The notes under the pieces were generated by a model that searched no databases, was not told the origin of the DNA, and saw only the letters and a program-made list of their open reading frames with translations. The position numbers were made by a program, and so were the translations under genes. From contig OZ024754.1 in the NCBI GenBank assembly GCA_964016885.1, positions 26,784,001-26,848,000 on the forward strand: DNA of 64,000 nt. Reading direction: 5' to 3'. The DNA comes from Eledone cirrhosa. Its lineage: Eukaryota. The first letter of the stretch is position 1, and the number at the start of each line of letters is the position of its first letter. This document shows positions 1-12,984 of this stretch, in pieces.

Positions 1-148
1 CAATAATTGTCACAAGTGTCGTGTTTGTACCAGAGTTTTCAAGTCGCTGGCTGGACTAAAAAGCCACACTCGTTCAGCGCAACGGTAGGGGTTCTCCTAC
101 ATGGATATAAAGTAATGGCCGTACTCGAAAACGAGTTGGCAGCCACCA
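1..148 (+). mobile_element. 3' end of a non-coding ~570-bp interspersed retroelement ending in (TATG)n
   Basis: Near-identical to 502-634, 23541-23688 and the reverse complement of 9511-9660; followed by (TATG)n. Confidence 0.75.
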
Positions 149-237
149 TGTATGTATGTATATATGGATGAATACATGCATGTATGCATGTATGTATGTA
201 TATATGTATGTATATATGTATGTATATATGTATATAT

Positions 238-634
238 CCGGGAGAGATGACCCCTTAGCCTTTGTCAAGGCAGAATTCTAGAAGAAGGAAAACTCTGATA
301 TAACACCTGCAACCCTGATGGTATCCAATGATGTTGACTTGTTCTTTTTTTTGGTAAATATCATCTTGGTTAAGAGAGTGGGACTGGCTTTGTGCAGTGC
401 CTTTGCTCACTATAAAAGCTTCACGGCACAGGCATTGCTTTATATCTGGAGATCTCTCTGCACTTGTCGTCACATAGTACCAAGGGCCCAGCACTATGTG
501 TCAATAATTGTCACAAGTGTAGTGTTTGTACCAGAGTTTTCAAGTCGCTGGCTGGACTAAAATGTCACACTCGTTCAGCGCATCGGTAGGGATATAAAGT
601 AGTGGCCGTACTCGAAAACGAGTTGGCAGCCACC
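238..634 (+). mobile_element. 5'-truncated copy of the same (TATG)n-tailed element
   Basis: Aligns to the copies at 9511-10083 (-) and 23163-23688 (+); flanked by TA/TATG microsatellite. Confidence 0.8.
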
Positions 635-784
635 ATATATGTATATATGTATGTAGGTATATATGTATATATGTATTATGTATGTATGTATGCATATATG
701 TATGTATATATGTATTATGTATGTATCTATGCATATATGTATGTATATATGTATGTATGGATATATTGTTTTTTTTTTTTACAG

Positions 785-1038
785 ACCAATATTCATAAAA
801 ACGCATCAATGTTCGTAGAACCTATTGTAACGCGTAAAACCCCGTCTCTGGCCCACGGGGAAGCCAAGAGAATAGTGACTGAGGTTTATTTCACTCCAGA
901 AACGTTTCAAAGAATGAAATTCCAAACGAGGCTCAACACAGTTGGAATTGGTGAAATCTGTAATTACACAATCCTGTATGCTGGAATCAACTTACCTTGT
1001 ATAGATAAATATACAGTGCCGACAACAAATACTTCAAA
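785..1038 (+). CDS. Exon 1 (first visible) of a large uncharacterised extracellular protein with a C-terminal F5/8 type C domain
   Basis: Poly-T tract then acag| acceptor at 784 and donor |gtaagt at 1039. Reads TNIHKNASMFVEP...IGEICNYTILYAGINLPCIDKY...NTS. Phase 0 in, phase 2 out, matching the next exon. Confidence 0.85.
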
Positions 1039-1144
1039 GTAAGTCACATTCTTATAACCTTACACACACACACACACATATATATATAGTAATAATAATT
1101 ATGAAGACTAAAATCCGAAGAGGGCTCGTTATATATATATATAG

Positions 1145-1452
1145 GAGAAAGTATGACCCCGACGGCAGAGCTCAAGCCGTTTCGACGGCTATTTCTGGAC
1201 TAAAGTGAGAGTTGTTTTAGTCTGGTAAATAAATAGCCGAACTTTTCAAGGGTACTTCCTTATATGGGAAGATTGTAGTTGTCAAGGGGATTGGTCAAAA
1301 ATGTGTAGCAGACACAGAAAAGTCTATCATGGCAGTGGGTGTGGGGATGGCTGAACTTGCCTGTAGAACGATAGGTGAGTAGGTAGAGCCGGTCAAGCGT
1401 AGAAGGTGAAATCTACGCGGCAAATTCTAAGGAATGTGTATGAAAGTAGGCC
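1145..1452 (-). mobile_element. Decayed Penelope-like 3' fragment with a degenerate hammerhead motif
   Basis: Minus strand at 1156-1254 reads accc-TTGAAAA-stem II (cggctattt/aaatagccg)-GAAA-cggc..gccg-TC-ggggt. Flanked by (TA)n. Confidence 0.45.
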
Positions 1453-1529
1453 ATATATATATATATCCCGTCTAACCCATACTAGCGTGGAAGGTAGACG
1501 TTAAACGATGATGATGATGATGATGATGA

Positions 1530-1591
<62 letters not shown>

Positions 1592-1738
1592 ATATCTACA
1601 GTTAGTTATGGGGTCTAGTCTGCATGAAGAACTCAATGTAATCCATATGTTGATAATGTTATAGGTTAAAATAAATCCCGGAAAACAAAAAAATCATCAA
1701 AATCATCAAAATCATCAAAAGGAAAACAGAGTCATAAT

Positions 1739-2077
1739 ATAAGTTAAAACAATGAAATAAAAATTCAAGTCATTAGGAAATAACGTCACTGCTTTACGAT
1801 CGTTTCTAGGTGATAATAATACATCGTACGCATATTTCGTTATCGATCTATGTAAGGTTAGTTACAAAATATCAGATAAGGAGAATATTTACTTACTTGT
1901 ATATCATCAGCTGATGATATACAAGTAGGTAAATATTCTCCTTATCTGATATTTTGTAACTAACCTTACATAGATCGATAACGAAATATGCGTATGATGT
2001 ATTATTATCACCTAGAAACGATCGTAAAGCAGTGAAGTATTTTCCTAATGACTTTAATTTTGATTTCATTGTTTTAA

Positions 2078-2082
<5 letters not shown>
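1739..2082. repeat. Spacer-less palindrome of about 340 bp
   Basis: Arms are reverse complements with few mismatches, centred on atcatcag|ctgatgat at 1910/1911. Confidence 0.9.
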
Positions 2083-2121
<39 letters not shown>

Positions 2122-2937
2122 CCCACAATATATTCATGTTTATGCGACGGTTTCCGTTTACCAAATTCTATTCACACGTCTATAATACAAGACACTTGCT
2201 GATAGTGTCGTGCTGTGGGACTGAAAACTCGAAGCCCCATGACTGCAAAGCGAACTTTTTAATCACAGATAAGACTATGTCTATATTCACAACATATATG
2301 TGTGATTGAAAAATTTCTATGTTTACACTCCGTGGTCAATTTTGCCTTTCACCCATTCAAGGTCATTAAAAAATGTACTGGGGTCGATTCTTCCTCTACA
2401 TCTCTTTCTCACTTCCATTCTTTCTCACTGTTTATCCTTCTCTGGTAAAAAATCAGACAGACCTGGAGAGGAGATGGGTTCCGCCAGGTTTAAAAGAAAA
2501 ATGACCTAGAAACCCTGTAAGTCAATATGGCGAACCCATACCTCCATCAGGAGTTACTGGTTCATACATACATATTTACACCCATTCACCTCTCAACCAT
2601 GCCTTGAACACTTTTGATACCAGCCTAGTCAAATCCACCTCTGGTTCTATCAAACAAAACCTCATTTTATAGGCTTCCTATTGAATTTAAAATCTTCCTC
2701 CCGAGTTTATAAGAACTATAATTTACTATCCTAGTAATAAGATAAATAATAGTGTTTATTAAATCCGTCAAACTTGTTCATAAATATATGGAAATAGTGT
2801 TTTTCTTTAGCAATATGGTCACAGAAGGTTTAATTTAGTCTCCCTCTCCCCCTCTCTCTCTACCCCCTCTCTCTCTATATATATATATATATTTATATAT
2901 ATATAGAAATGGTAACACAACAGTTAGTTCACCATAT

Positions 2938-2975
2938 CGAGAACAATTGTTTCACCTTAGCGGATCTTCAGTTCG
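2938..2975 (-). ncRNA. Minimal type I hammerhead ribozyme motif (Penelope pLTR type)
   Basis: Minus strand reads cgaa CTGAAGA tccgctaaggt GAAA caattg TT ctcg, with palindromic stem III ACAATTGT. Same family as 26086-26126 and 26998-27038. Confidence 0.6.
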
Positions 2976-3133
2976 TAATGGACATGGTTACCATTTCTAC
3001 CTAACTCGTCCCATGGACTGAGTGCTCTACCACTACGGATATTACCTTCCAGTGTTCTACCCCTCTCTCTTTCTCTCTCTCTATATATATATACACATAC
3101 ATACATATATATACATACATACAGATACTCCAC

Positions 3134-3532
3134 CCTGACTATCCCTTTAGATTTATACCTGTGATTATTGGGGCACTGGGATATGTTAGTAACTGCCTCA
3201 ATACAAATCTTGAGAACAGAAAGAACACAATAGTTAGGAAATTACAAGTACAATCAATTAATGGAATAGTAAAAATATGTAAAACATTCCAAAAATTCTG
3301 CATCTAATAACTTCGTACAGATAGAAAGCATATACACATGTACACATATAATTCAAAACATACACCTCCACACATACAATAATATCCATACCTGCACACA
3401 CGTGCATGCATGCAGACATGTATACATATCTACTTAGTTGATGTGTAAATTCCAATGAGAGAGTCTTGTATCTATGTTAGAAACCGACTCTCTCTCTATT
3501 GGTAAAAATTTGTGAAATTATAAAACCAGAAA
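3134..3532 (+). mobile_element. 3' end of an R4/Dong-clade non-LTR retrotransposon plus 3' UTR ending at (CA)n
   Basis: Translates DYPFRFIPVIIGALGYVSNCL...RKLQVQSINGIVKICKTFQKF, homologous to the RLE C-terminus at 7916-8110. Confidence 0.7.
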
Positions 3533-3546
3533 CACACACACACACC

Positions 3547-3646
<100 letters not shown>

Positions 3647-3914
3647 ATTATTTTAAAGAACCTTTATTTTCAAAAGGAAAATAACAATCTCAGATTTGGT
3701 GTATTATATTGAAAACATCCCCAAATTGTGAAATGTAGATCTCTAGCTAACCCTTTTGATTTCAAACCTGCCAGAAACCGCCTCAGGGTTTGTTAAATTA
3801 TATTCCAAGAACTATATAAATAAACAAAAAAAATTCACTTCAAACCTTCACATTAATAAAGGTAATATTTTTTATGAGCAATATAGTTACAAAGAGATTA
3901 AAGCATGTATGATT

Positions 3915-4095
3915 AGCAATATCGGTGGAGCGTGAGACACCATGCTTTGCAGCACAGAGTTATGGGCCATTACATTCTGAGTTCAAATCCCGCTGAGGTT
4001 AGCTTTGCCTTTCATCCTTACGGGGTCGATAAAATAAAGTACCTGTAATGCACTGGGGTATTTGCTGGCCTTATGCCAAAAATGGAAACAATTAA
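3915..4095 (+). mobile_element. tRNA-derived SINE with a Nin-like core
   Basis: B-box-like gagttcaaatcc followed by gctttgcctttcatccttacggggtcgataaaataaagtacc; homologous to copies at 12985-13300, 22430-22545 and 25450-25655. Confidence 0.7.
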
Positions 4096-4212
4096 AAACT
4101 ACTAAAAAAAGTTCATAGTTCGCAACTTGCCCACACCTACCTTGCCTTATGAAAATATTTCTAAATCCTTACTTTTTGAAAAGTAGGTTTGTTTTGAATC
4201 AGCGAGCGAGTT

Positions 4213-4393
4213 TGAAATTAGAAATAGAAGCTAACGCTGTATTTTTTAAACTAAATGTTTAGCCTGATAGTGGGGTTTAGAACCCCCTAAGAATACTCAT
4301 CTTTTCCATTTCTTTGAGGGTTCTAAACCCCACTATCTGGCTAAACATTTCTTTAGTCAAAAAATACAGCGTTAGCTTCTATTTCTAATTTCA
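4213..4393. mobile_element. Hairpin (MITE-like) repeat with ~80-bp inverted arms
   Basis: Arm gaaattagaaatagaagctaacgctgtatttttt...ggtttagaacccc pairs with gggttctaaacccc...aaaatacagcgttagcttctatttctaatttc. Homologous to 24466-24660. Confidence 0.8.
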
Positions 4394-4423
4394 TTTTTGT
4401 TTTGTTTTTGTTTTTTAATTCAG

Positions 4424-4493
4424 GGAAGAATGGATGATAGAGATGGAAGTCTGTCATTGGCCATTTGATTTCAATGATCCGAACAGTAACAAG
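4424..4493 (+). CDS. Exon 2 (70 bp; not in ORF track)
   Basis: T-rich tract then ttcag| acceptor and donor aag|gtgatg. Phase 2 in completes AA+G=K, then EEWMIEMEVCHWPFDFNDPNSNK. Phase 0 out. Confidence 0.75.
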
Positions 4494-4672
4494 GTGATGC
4501 CACAATTAATTTTATGTAAACTACACTAAAGTTACATTGAAAACACGTTGACAACGTAAATTCAAAATTACATCATTATATCTTAGAATAAAAATCACTC
4601 ACTTCTCTTAAAATTACACACACACATACACATATATGTATGTATGTATATATATATACATACATACACACA

Positions 4673-4718
<46 letters not shown>

Positions 4719-4753
4719 TATATATATATATACTATATATATACATATACTGC

Positions 4754-4811
<58 letters not shown>

Positions 4812-4818
<7 letters not shown>

Positions 4819-5077
4819 AAGGTTAAACAAGGTTCAATGAATAAATCAACGAATAAAGTTTTACAATAGATTAGAAGCACTCCACAGGAATGGTTTTCCG
4901 GAGTTATTAATATTAATTCAAAATATTAACAAAAATAGACATTCGTGTGATCAAGTATATTTTATTATACATATTTCAGAGGTAATGAGCTATCTTCAAC
5001 AGTACGTCCTCATCAGATAAAATAAGATGATGCATGACATACCCTGACTAAGTGGATGGTTAAAATTCAGTCATGGC
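4812..5077 (-). mobile_element. Hammerhead-bearing repeat (pLTR/retrozyme-like) ending at (TA)n
   Basis: Reverse complement of 21669-21935. Hammerhead at 4960-5022 reads ttttat CTGATGA gg...ctct GAAA tatgta TA ataaaa. Confidence 0.65.
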
Positions 5078-5741
5078 AGTGAATAAGATATGACAAAACT
5101 CAATACTTATATACCTTAAGATTGAGACATGAAAAAATTACATATAATACAGAGGGTGCGTGTGAGAAAGCTTATACAGATACATAATAATAAACAACTA
5201 CTAACATAATACAAACTTACATAAAGATTCAAATAATTTAAATTATTGAAGAAAGAAGAAGTGAAAGACAGAGAGAGAAATAGATGAGGAAAAAGGGAGT
5301 TACTAGAAGTATAGAAATATCTTATGCACGAAAGCAAAAGAAAATTGATTACGGCTAGAGAGACGAGGATAAAGTAATTTTTATAGTATAAAGCATAGGG
5401 AGGGAGATTTGTATTGTCGTGGATAAATAGCGTATAATTAGATGATGCAAAAATATATATATATATATAAATATATATTTGGGCATAGCTTTGTGAATGA
5501 ATAATTTTGAATCGTTAAATTATCTAGAAATAATCAATCAATCAAAATATCAAATATATCTGAGTGTAGTTATATGAAGGTTTATTTTCGAGTCCTTAAG
5601 TTAATTAGAAATAGACTATTAATCAATTATATATATCCCAACGTATCCGGATGACCGTTAAATTTCGAATCTTTAAGTAAGTTCAAAATAGTGAATTAAT
5701 CTAAAGGCATAATATTTCAGGCTATAAAATTTATAAGTATT

Positions 5742-6600
5742 TATATTATAGTATAATATCATATTTAAAGTATTTGCAAACATGAGAAGAAGAGACTTAA
5801 TATTTTCTTCATCCCGAAGGTAATCCAAATTAAATTATATTTAAAAAAATGTTATATTAAAGAGATTTTATATTAAAAAATAATCATTATATAATTTAGA
5901 AAGTAATTACAATTATAACTTTAAACATTTTAAATTAAAAGTTAGAATGCACTTAAGTATCCAAAGGCCTTATAATTATACTTAAAAAGGATATTATTAA
6001 ACTAGATATATGCATTTGTCTAAATTTATGCAAAGAGTACATTGTTTAAAGTTTAAGACGATATTAGTCAGTTATATATAATAATATAATAAATAAATTA
6101 CTGTTAATAGTGTTAAAAATAAAGTTTTACGTCAATTATTATATTTTAAAAAAAATTATTCAACTAGGATCATGTAATACATATATACTATAAATATACA
6201 AATCAAGCTTCATGAATCATAAAACATAAAACACAGATTCAAAATAAATAAATGAATGTGTCAAATATATAATCTATATAATTTAAAAATACAAGAAAAT
6301 TTTTAAGGATCTATATTATAGTATAATATCATATTTAAAGTGTCTGCAAACATGAGAAAGAAAAGACTTAAGATTTACATCAACCCGAAGGTAATCCAAA
6401 TTTAATTATATTAAAAAAAAGTTAAATTAAAAAAATAATCATTATAATTTAGAAAATATTTAACAATTATAACACTAAAATGTCCTTAAGTATTCAAGGC
6501 ACTTACAAATGTACCTAAAAGGATGTTATTAAACTAGATATACACATTTGTCTAAATATATACAGAGTATACTGTTTAAAGCTTAAAACGATATTAGTGA
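5742..6600. repeat. Diverged direct duplication (about 5742-6075 vs 6312-6600)
   Basis: Both copies begin tatattatagtataatatcatatttaaagt..gcaaacatgagaa and end gtttaaag.ttaa.acgatattagt. Confidence 0.75.
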
Positions 6601-6714
6601 ACTATATACATATAATAAATAATAAATACAATTATTGTTAATAATGTTATAATTAATGTTATAATTAATGTTATAATTAATGTTATAATTGCTCGTCCCG
6701 CATCTGTAGCAATC

Positions 6715-7431
6715 AAAACACCACTCGCAAATCTATTCTTTAAAGCTAAAGATAAATGCTTCCCCATACAACATAAATACCGTTCCATATTTAACAGACA
6801 CACAATTAAGCTTTCTTATTCTACAACTATGAATATGGCCCAGAACATTGCAAAAATAAATAGTAGAATTTTAAATCATAACCAACAAACAATTAGGGAT
6901 AATGAATATAATAACACTAGCAATATTAATACTAGGAATAACAATAACATTAATCTAAGCACTATCAATAGAACACTTCAAAGTACTAGCAATGTTAATG
7001 TCAATTGTTCAATTTATAGTAATAACAATAAATCAAAATGTAATTGTGGAAATAGATCAAATTGCCCTCTGCAAAATAATTGTCTGGATAGCAATCTGGT
7101 CTATAAATACACCGTAAAAGCAAATAACATCACATACAACTATATTGGTGCAACTTCATCGACATTTAAATTAAGATTTTCGAATCACAAATATTCTTTT
7201 TCGAATCGTAATAGGAAATCTTCGACCTCTTTATCACAACTTATATGGTCATTAAAAGACAAAAATTTAAAATACTCGATTTCTTGGTCAAAGCTGTGTA
7301 ATGATCAAATCTACTTGAATTCTTCAATATCACCTCACTGCAATCTTTGTACTATGGAGACCCTATTAATAATTACTAATTATGATAATTTAATTAACAA
7401 AAAAAGTGAATTATTCTCAAATTGTAGGTGA
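6715..7431 (+). mobile_element. Penelope-like element (Neptune-type), C-terminal linker and GIY-YIG endonuclease
   Basis: FPIQHKYRSIFNRHTIKLSYS...CNCGNRSNCPLQNNCLDSNLVY...YIGATSSTFKLRFSNHKYSF...CNLCTMETLLI...LINKKSELFSNCR. Confidence 0.88.
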
Positions 7432-7721
7432 GCACTCGATGTTTAGGTTCACGTCAGTAGCGAGGTGTAGAGCTAAACAAAGTATAATATAATAATATAA
7501 GGATGATTTGTTAAGCCTTCATTAGGTTTATATATCGTAAATAAATAAAAATAGAAGGCTTTATAATCTGTTATAGTATCGTTTTACGCACTCAGTTGAT
7601 AAACGTCAAAAATTACAACTTATTTATTCAATGATTTTTGCTGACTTTTTGTGAGGCTTGGAATGTAGAAGAAACCTTATGCAAAATAAATATATGTATG
7701 TATGTATTGTATGTATGTATA

Positions 7722-7826
<105 letters not shown>

Positions 7827-7844
7827 GAGTATATATATATGTCT

Positions 7845-9490
7845 CTCTCTTAATTTCGAGTACATTTTTGACCGGCCACCTTCCTGGTGGCAAGGTTGTG
7901 AAAGAAAAGAAATTGTCATCCCTTGAATCGCAAGAATATTTTGCAAATTTTGAAGGTGACAGCTATCGCAGACATTTGTAGTCTATGAATTAGGTAGCTG
8001 CGCTCTTTGTCCACATATCCAAGTTCAGTTATACTTTGGTCCAAGCGGGTTGGTATATAAACTATAGCTCCAATAATAATGGGTATGAAACTGAAAGTGT
8101 ATATTGGATACTGAATCTGTAAACTCCTCATCAATGGTTCGTAGATGTCCTCCTTCTCTTGTATTTTTCTTACAACGTTGATATCAAGTGGGCAGCTGAT
8201 CTCTACAACAGAGCACGTTTTCAATGTGTGATCCCAAACAACAGTATCAGGCCGGTTGTGCTTTAATTTGGTGGCAGTTTTTATTTTCAGGTTCCACCAG
8301 TATTCTTTAGTGACATCTATATCAACATATTCCTCCTCGTTTGTTTTTAACTTTGTTTTCCTAAGTGGACACCAGATGGTTCTAGCTATCACATTGTGTC
8401 TCATAAGGAGGTAGTAACGAGACAACATTCTTTCGCAGTTGGCAACAATGTGGCTAACATCTTCGGTCTTTGTTTTACAAAGACTACATTTATTGTCGAC
8501 TGATAGCCCTCCTCTTTTGTGTAGCAGATATTTGGTAGGGATTTCTTGTTCCTATTGCATAGAGATATCCTTCAAGATGGGATGTCATAAACTTGTCGGA
8601 ACGCCATGCCAGGCTTTTTGAATGATTTATCCCCTCTATGGTCTATGTTTTTCGTTTCAGGTACCCATGCACAACTTTCTCTGTAAATTGGTCCTGTTCG
8701 AACATTGAATAGGATCTTCCAATTTCCCTGGATTTATATCAGGCCTTATTCCATATCTCTCCTCCAGATCGGTGGCTATCCTAATGATATTATTTTCTTC
8801 ATGTTCATAGACCTGGGCAAGATGGTTGCTGACCTTTTTCTTCCGCTGAAGATGTTGCTTCAGTGTTATTATTCGGGTCTCGTATGATGTTAATATGGAT
8901 TTTAGACACCGGTTGCCTTCTTTGCGTGAGAAGTATAGCCTATCCACATTACCATTGATGTTAAAGTTTCCAGTAACACTAAGAAGCTTGCGAGTTCTTA
9001 CATCGATCTCATTTAGTTCTTGCAATGACCAGTTCAGCAGACCAAATGTTGGCGTTAGGATTGGCACAGCATAAGTATTGTGGGCAATGCATTTGTTGTA
9101 CGCTGATAGTTCTGATGACCATGTTTTCTTTACTCTCGTGAAGTATTCAGTGAATAATTTAATTTATACATGATGTTGGGGCAGGCTATTAGGCAATAAT
9201 TTTTAGCAAGGGTGGTCTGGTTATTTTGGGGGATGAGGAGAGTAGTGGCAGTTGATAACTATTGGGGCAGTTCTTGTGTGCCTTTGATGGTTTCTCTCAA
9301 CAGCCGATAGAAGGTAAAATTCTTCAGCCAGTATCCTGTTATGAGGTCTGGGCCTAGTAATTTCCTATTCGACATTTTCCGCAGAGCTGTTTTCAGTATT
9401 GACCCATCTATGTCATATTGTTTTGTCTGGACATGCCGGCAGTATTCCTGTTCCAGTTCTTTTAGCCATTTAGTTTGTTTGCTAAACCCG
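7845..9490 (-). mobile_element. Decayed R4/Dong-clade non-LTR retrotransposon (partial RT with internal deletion, CCHC knuckle, restriction-like endonuclease)
   Basis: Segments GPDLITGYWLK..KNYCLIACPNIMYK (RT start), VDRLYFSRKEG, CSLCKTKTEDVSHIVANC, RHNVIA and HNRPDTVVWD..CSVVEISCPLD (PD-(D/E)xK). Contains stops and frameshifts. Confidence 0.88.
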
Positions 9491-9510
9491 TCATACATAC
9501 ATACATACAT

Positions 9511-10083
9511 GGTGGCTGCCAACTCGTTTTCGAGTACGGCCACTACTTTATATCCATGTAGGAGAACCCCTACCGATGCGCTGAACGAGTGTGACTTTTT
9601 AGTCCAGCCAGCAACTTGAAAACTCTGGTACAAACACTACACTTGTGACAATTATTGACACATAGTGCTGGGCCAATGGTACCATGTGACGACAAGTGCA
9701 GAGAGATCTCCAGATATAAAGCAATGCCTGTGCTGTGAAGCTTTTATAGTGAGCAAAGGCACTGCACAAAGCCAGTCCCACTCTCTTAACCAAGATGATA
9801 TTTACCAAAAAGAAGAACAAGTCAACATCATTGGAAACCATCAGGGTTGCAGGTGTTATATCAGAGTTTTCCTTCTCCTAGAATTCTGCCTTGACAAAGG
9901 CTAAGGGGTCATCTCTCCCGGTGATTTTGGATGGCCATTGACTCTTAAGAGCTCCTTTGCCCTTTGACAGGTTTTGTTTTTAGTCCTGCAGGATGTCCAA
10001 AGTCACCCTCCACACCAAGAAACCTTGGTGGGGTTGCCAGTTTAGTCGCCAACGACCCGACCATGGGACAGGTTGTACTGGGA
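9511..10083 (-). mobile_element. Longest copy of the (TATG)n-flanked non-coding retroelement
   Basis: (TACA)n on both sides. Contains gtcgttggcgactaaa and taggagaaggaaaactctga motifs, reminiscent of RTE 5'UTR/SINE core domains. Confidence 0.8.
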
Positions 10084-10176
10084 TACATACATACATACAT
10101 ACATACATACATACATACATACATACATACATACATACATACATACATACATACATACATACGTACGTACGTATGT

Positions 10177-10252
<76 letters not shown>

Positions 10253-10299
10253 GTGTATATGTATGTCTGCATGCATGTATGTATGTATACATTTACATG

Positions 10300-10370
<71 letters not shown>

Positions 10371-10459
10371 TTAGTTAAGCAAAACAAGACCACAAATTTC
10401 ACAAGGAAGACATTATTAAAAGATTGTCAACATATTTTAGTTTGATGTAAGGAATGTAG

Positions 10460-10523
<64 letters not shown>

Positions 10524-10965
10524 GGTGCTGTGGGATTTTAGGATACAGACGGACAAGAAACTGGAACACAATAGACCTGACCTGGTGGTTTTGGACAAAG
10601 AAAAAAGATCGTGCCTGATTGTGGATGTGGCCTGCCCATTCGACACGAGAGTGCAAGAAAAGGAGAGGGAGAAAATTAACCGATACCAGGACTTAAAGTG
10701 GGAGGTAAAAAGGATTTGGAACTGCCATGAAGTCAAAGTGGTCCCGATTGTCATAGGCGCACTAGGTATTATCTCAAAAAGTTTCCAGGGATGGTTAAAG
10801 AAAATTGGCCCCTTCACGCTTTTTGGAACGCTTCAAAAGGCATGCTTGCTGGGAACAGCAAGAACCCTCCGATACGTCCTGAATATCTGAGGCTGCAGGT
10901 AGTGGCTTGATATTCATTTCAACAAACTTTCCAGTTAACTAACATCAATGATTGAGGCTCAAAGA
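10524..10965 (+). mobile_element. 5'-truncated Dong-like (R4 clade) LINE inserted in (TAA)n
   Basis: LWDFRIQTDKKLEHNRPDLVVLDKEKRSCLIVDVACPFD...KINRYQDL...VPIVIGALG...LQKACLLGTARTLRYVL, with (TAA)n on both sides. Confidence 0.9.
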
Positions 10966-11274
10966 ATAATAATAATAATAATAATGATTTCTTTATTAAC
11001 CACAAGGGTTTACATAAAGTAGACATTAAGGACAGTGTAGGACAATACAGTACGGTACAAACGGGCATTTCTGCGTGTAAAAAACAAAAACAGAGGATGT
11101 AACAAAAAATAACAATAATAATAATAACTTCTGATTGAACCTAGCTGCTTTCCACTGCTTATTGCACATTGAGCACATGCCTTTACGCTTTGACTTCTAA
11201 CTAATTCACCAATCTCTCCTCTCCTATCTCCCCTCCTATCTCCATCTCTCTCTTTAAGATTGGTTACTCTTGAA

Positions 11275-11307
<33 letters not shown>

Positions 11308-11310
<3 letters not shown>

Positions 11311-11415
11311 CGTTTCTGAATTTGTTTAGCAAGATTCTTTATCTGAAATCGTGTGTTGAAACCGATATTGTTATACTTTGGGAGGGTCATGTTGCCAATA
11401 AGAAACACACGCACC
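11308..11415. mobile_element. Solo terminal fragment of the Penelope family seen at 13820-15245 and 19655-21440
   Basis: Matches 19660-19765 (...gtgtgttgaaa..gatattgtt.tactttgggagggtcatg.tgc.aataa.aa.caca). Confidence 0.65.
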
Positions 11416-11479
11416 ATATATGGAAAAAAATGAAATTTCATTTCTCACTCTTATATATATATATAAATTTTTTCCAAAG

Positions 11480-11641
11480 CTACAAATAGAAGCCACCGTA
11501 AAAATTCCCCAACACAGCACCATCCCAGTGAATGATGTATTTGATGTTGTGACCGACATTTACATTGATAATATTCTGGTGGAGACTACGCGGATAGAAC
11601 TTACAGTTGTAGACACGTTTGCCGCAGAATTCAAGCCCTGG
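11480..11641 (+). CDS. Exon 3
   Basis: ttttttccaaag| acceptor and tgg|gtatgt donor. 54 codons LQIEATVKIPQHSTIPVNDVFDVV...EFKPW, phase 0/0. Confidence 0.8.
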
Positions 11642-12649
11642 GTATGTATATATATTTCTGTGCTTCAGATAAGTCAATGCGGCAAAAGGATGTGTTAAAA
11701 CCTCTAGTTACTAGATACTGTGTTAGAACCAAGTACAGTTCTGTGTGCCATGGGACTGTTATAACTTTGATTAGTATTTCTGATGCACAGTTGTTAATTC
11801 AATCGATTGCAGTCGCTGGCTCGAAACATTTCCAGAAGAATCCATCATTGTTTGACATATAGGAAACTTTATCACTAAAGAGTCCACAAAATCTTGACTT
11901 TTCCTTGTCATAAATATTCAAATTTCACAATCGCGTTTCCATTGCTGGGGGGATAAAACATGGTAGAAAACCCCAAATATGTAATAAATTAGTTTAACCA
12001 ACGTATGAATAGGTATGATGCAACCAGGGACACTAGACAAGAAAAGATTTTGGGCTCCCGACACTTGTTCAGAAAGAATTTAATGAAAATTAGTTTTATA
12101 GATGTAGGCTCATAGAACAATGTTGACATTCCAACATCGATCCACGCCATCCGTGACACCCAAAGATTAAAGAAACAAGGGGTTCTGGGATGGAGAACAT
12201 TTGGGGTCTCTAGATCTTGTTTGTAAAAAAAAAAAACACGTTGATCGCTTCGGTGATTTCAATGTCGATCTGTGTCTACCACTAAAACAGAGGTGACATC
12301 AGATGACAAGATTAAAACAAATATGAGCCCTGAGCTAAAGAACGTTTGGAGCTTTCAGTTACTGCGCACAAGACATTTAATGAAAATTAAATATACATGA
12401 ATGTCGGCTTACACAGAACGATACTGATACACCAGCATCGACCAACGCTGATTCTTTAAAACTGTGGCGGCACCCATTAAATGAAGCTGATATATCAGAC
12501 TTGAAAAAATAAGAACTGTAATCGATATTATTGAGTAAATCCTTTCAAGGGAGTGCCCCAGCATGCCCTTTGTCTAATGACTGAAATAATACAAAACTAA
12601 AAGAATAACAGAATCCGTTGCTAACAGTTGATTCTATTTTACATTCTAG

Positions 12650-12956
12650 ATGGCGAACTTAACACTAAATAGTCTCATGTCAATTGATACGCCAACAATT
12701 ACGACTGCTGACATTGGCGAAGTCTTTGACTTGAATATGGCTATTTATATTCCAACCAATTCAACAAGCGAGGTTAAACTCTCTGTTACTTTACCAGTGA
12801 CTGAGACTGCTCACATGACCGTACAAGATATTAAATACGAAGGTGCTGATGCCGATATTGCTTGTATAAACGACATTGAAACCAAGCTTATCTCAAGCCT
12901 CAATACAAGTCAAAATGATATGGCCGTATTTGATTTTGGAATTGTTACTAACACAG
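12650..12956 (+). CDS. Exon 4
   Basis: attctag| acceptor and acag|gtaagt donor. MANLTL...ADIGEVFDLNMAIYIP...ADIACIND...AVFDFGIVTNT. Phase 0 in, phase 1 out. Confidence 0.88.
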
Positions 12957-12984
12957 GTAAGTAAAAGAGAGTAGCTCAGTTAAT

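Noticed and set aside
255-560. ORFs repeated at 255-560, 9599-9904 and 23347-23544
   Set aside because: They are incidental frames in a multi-copy repeat, with no recognisable domain, and are disrupted by indels between copies.
6829-7431. 200-aa ORF as an additional host-gene exon
   Set aside because: It is a Penelope GIY-YIG domain, and exons 2 and 3 already join in phase without it.
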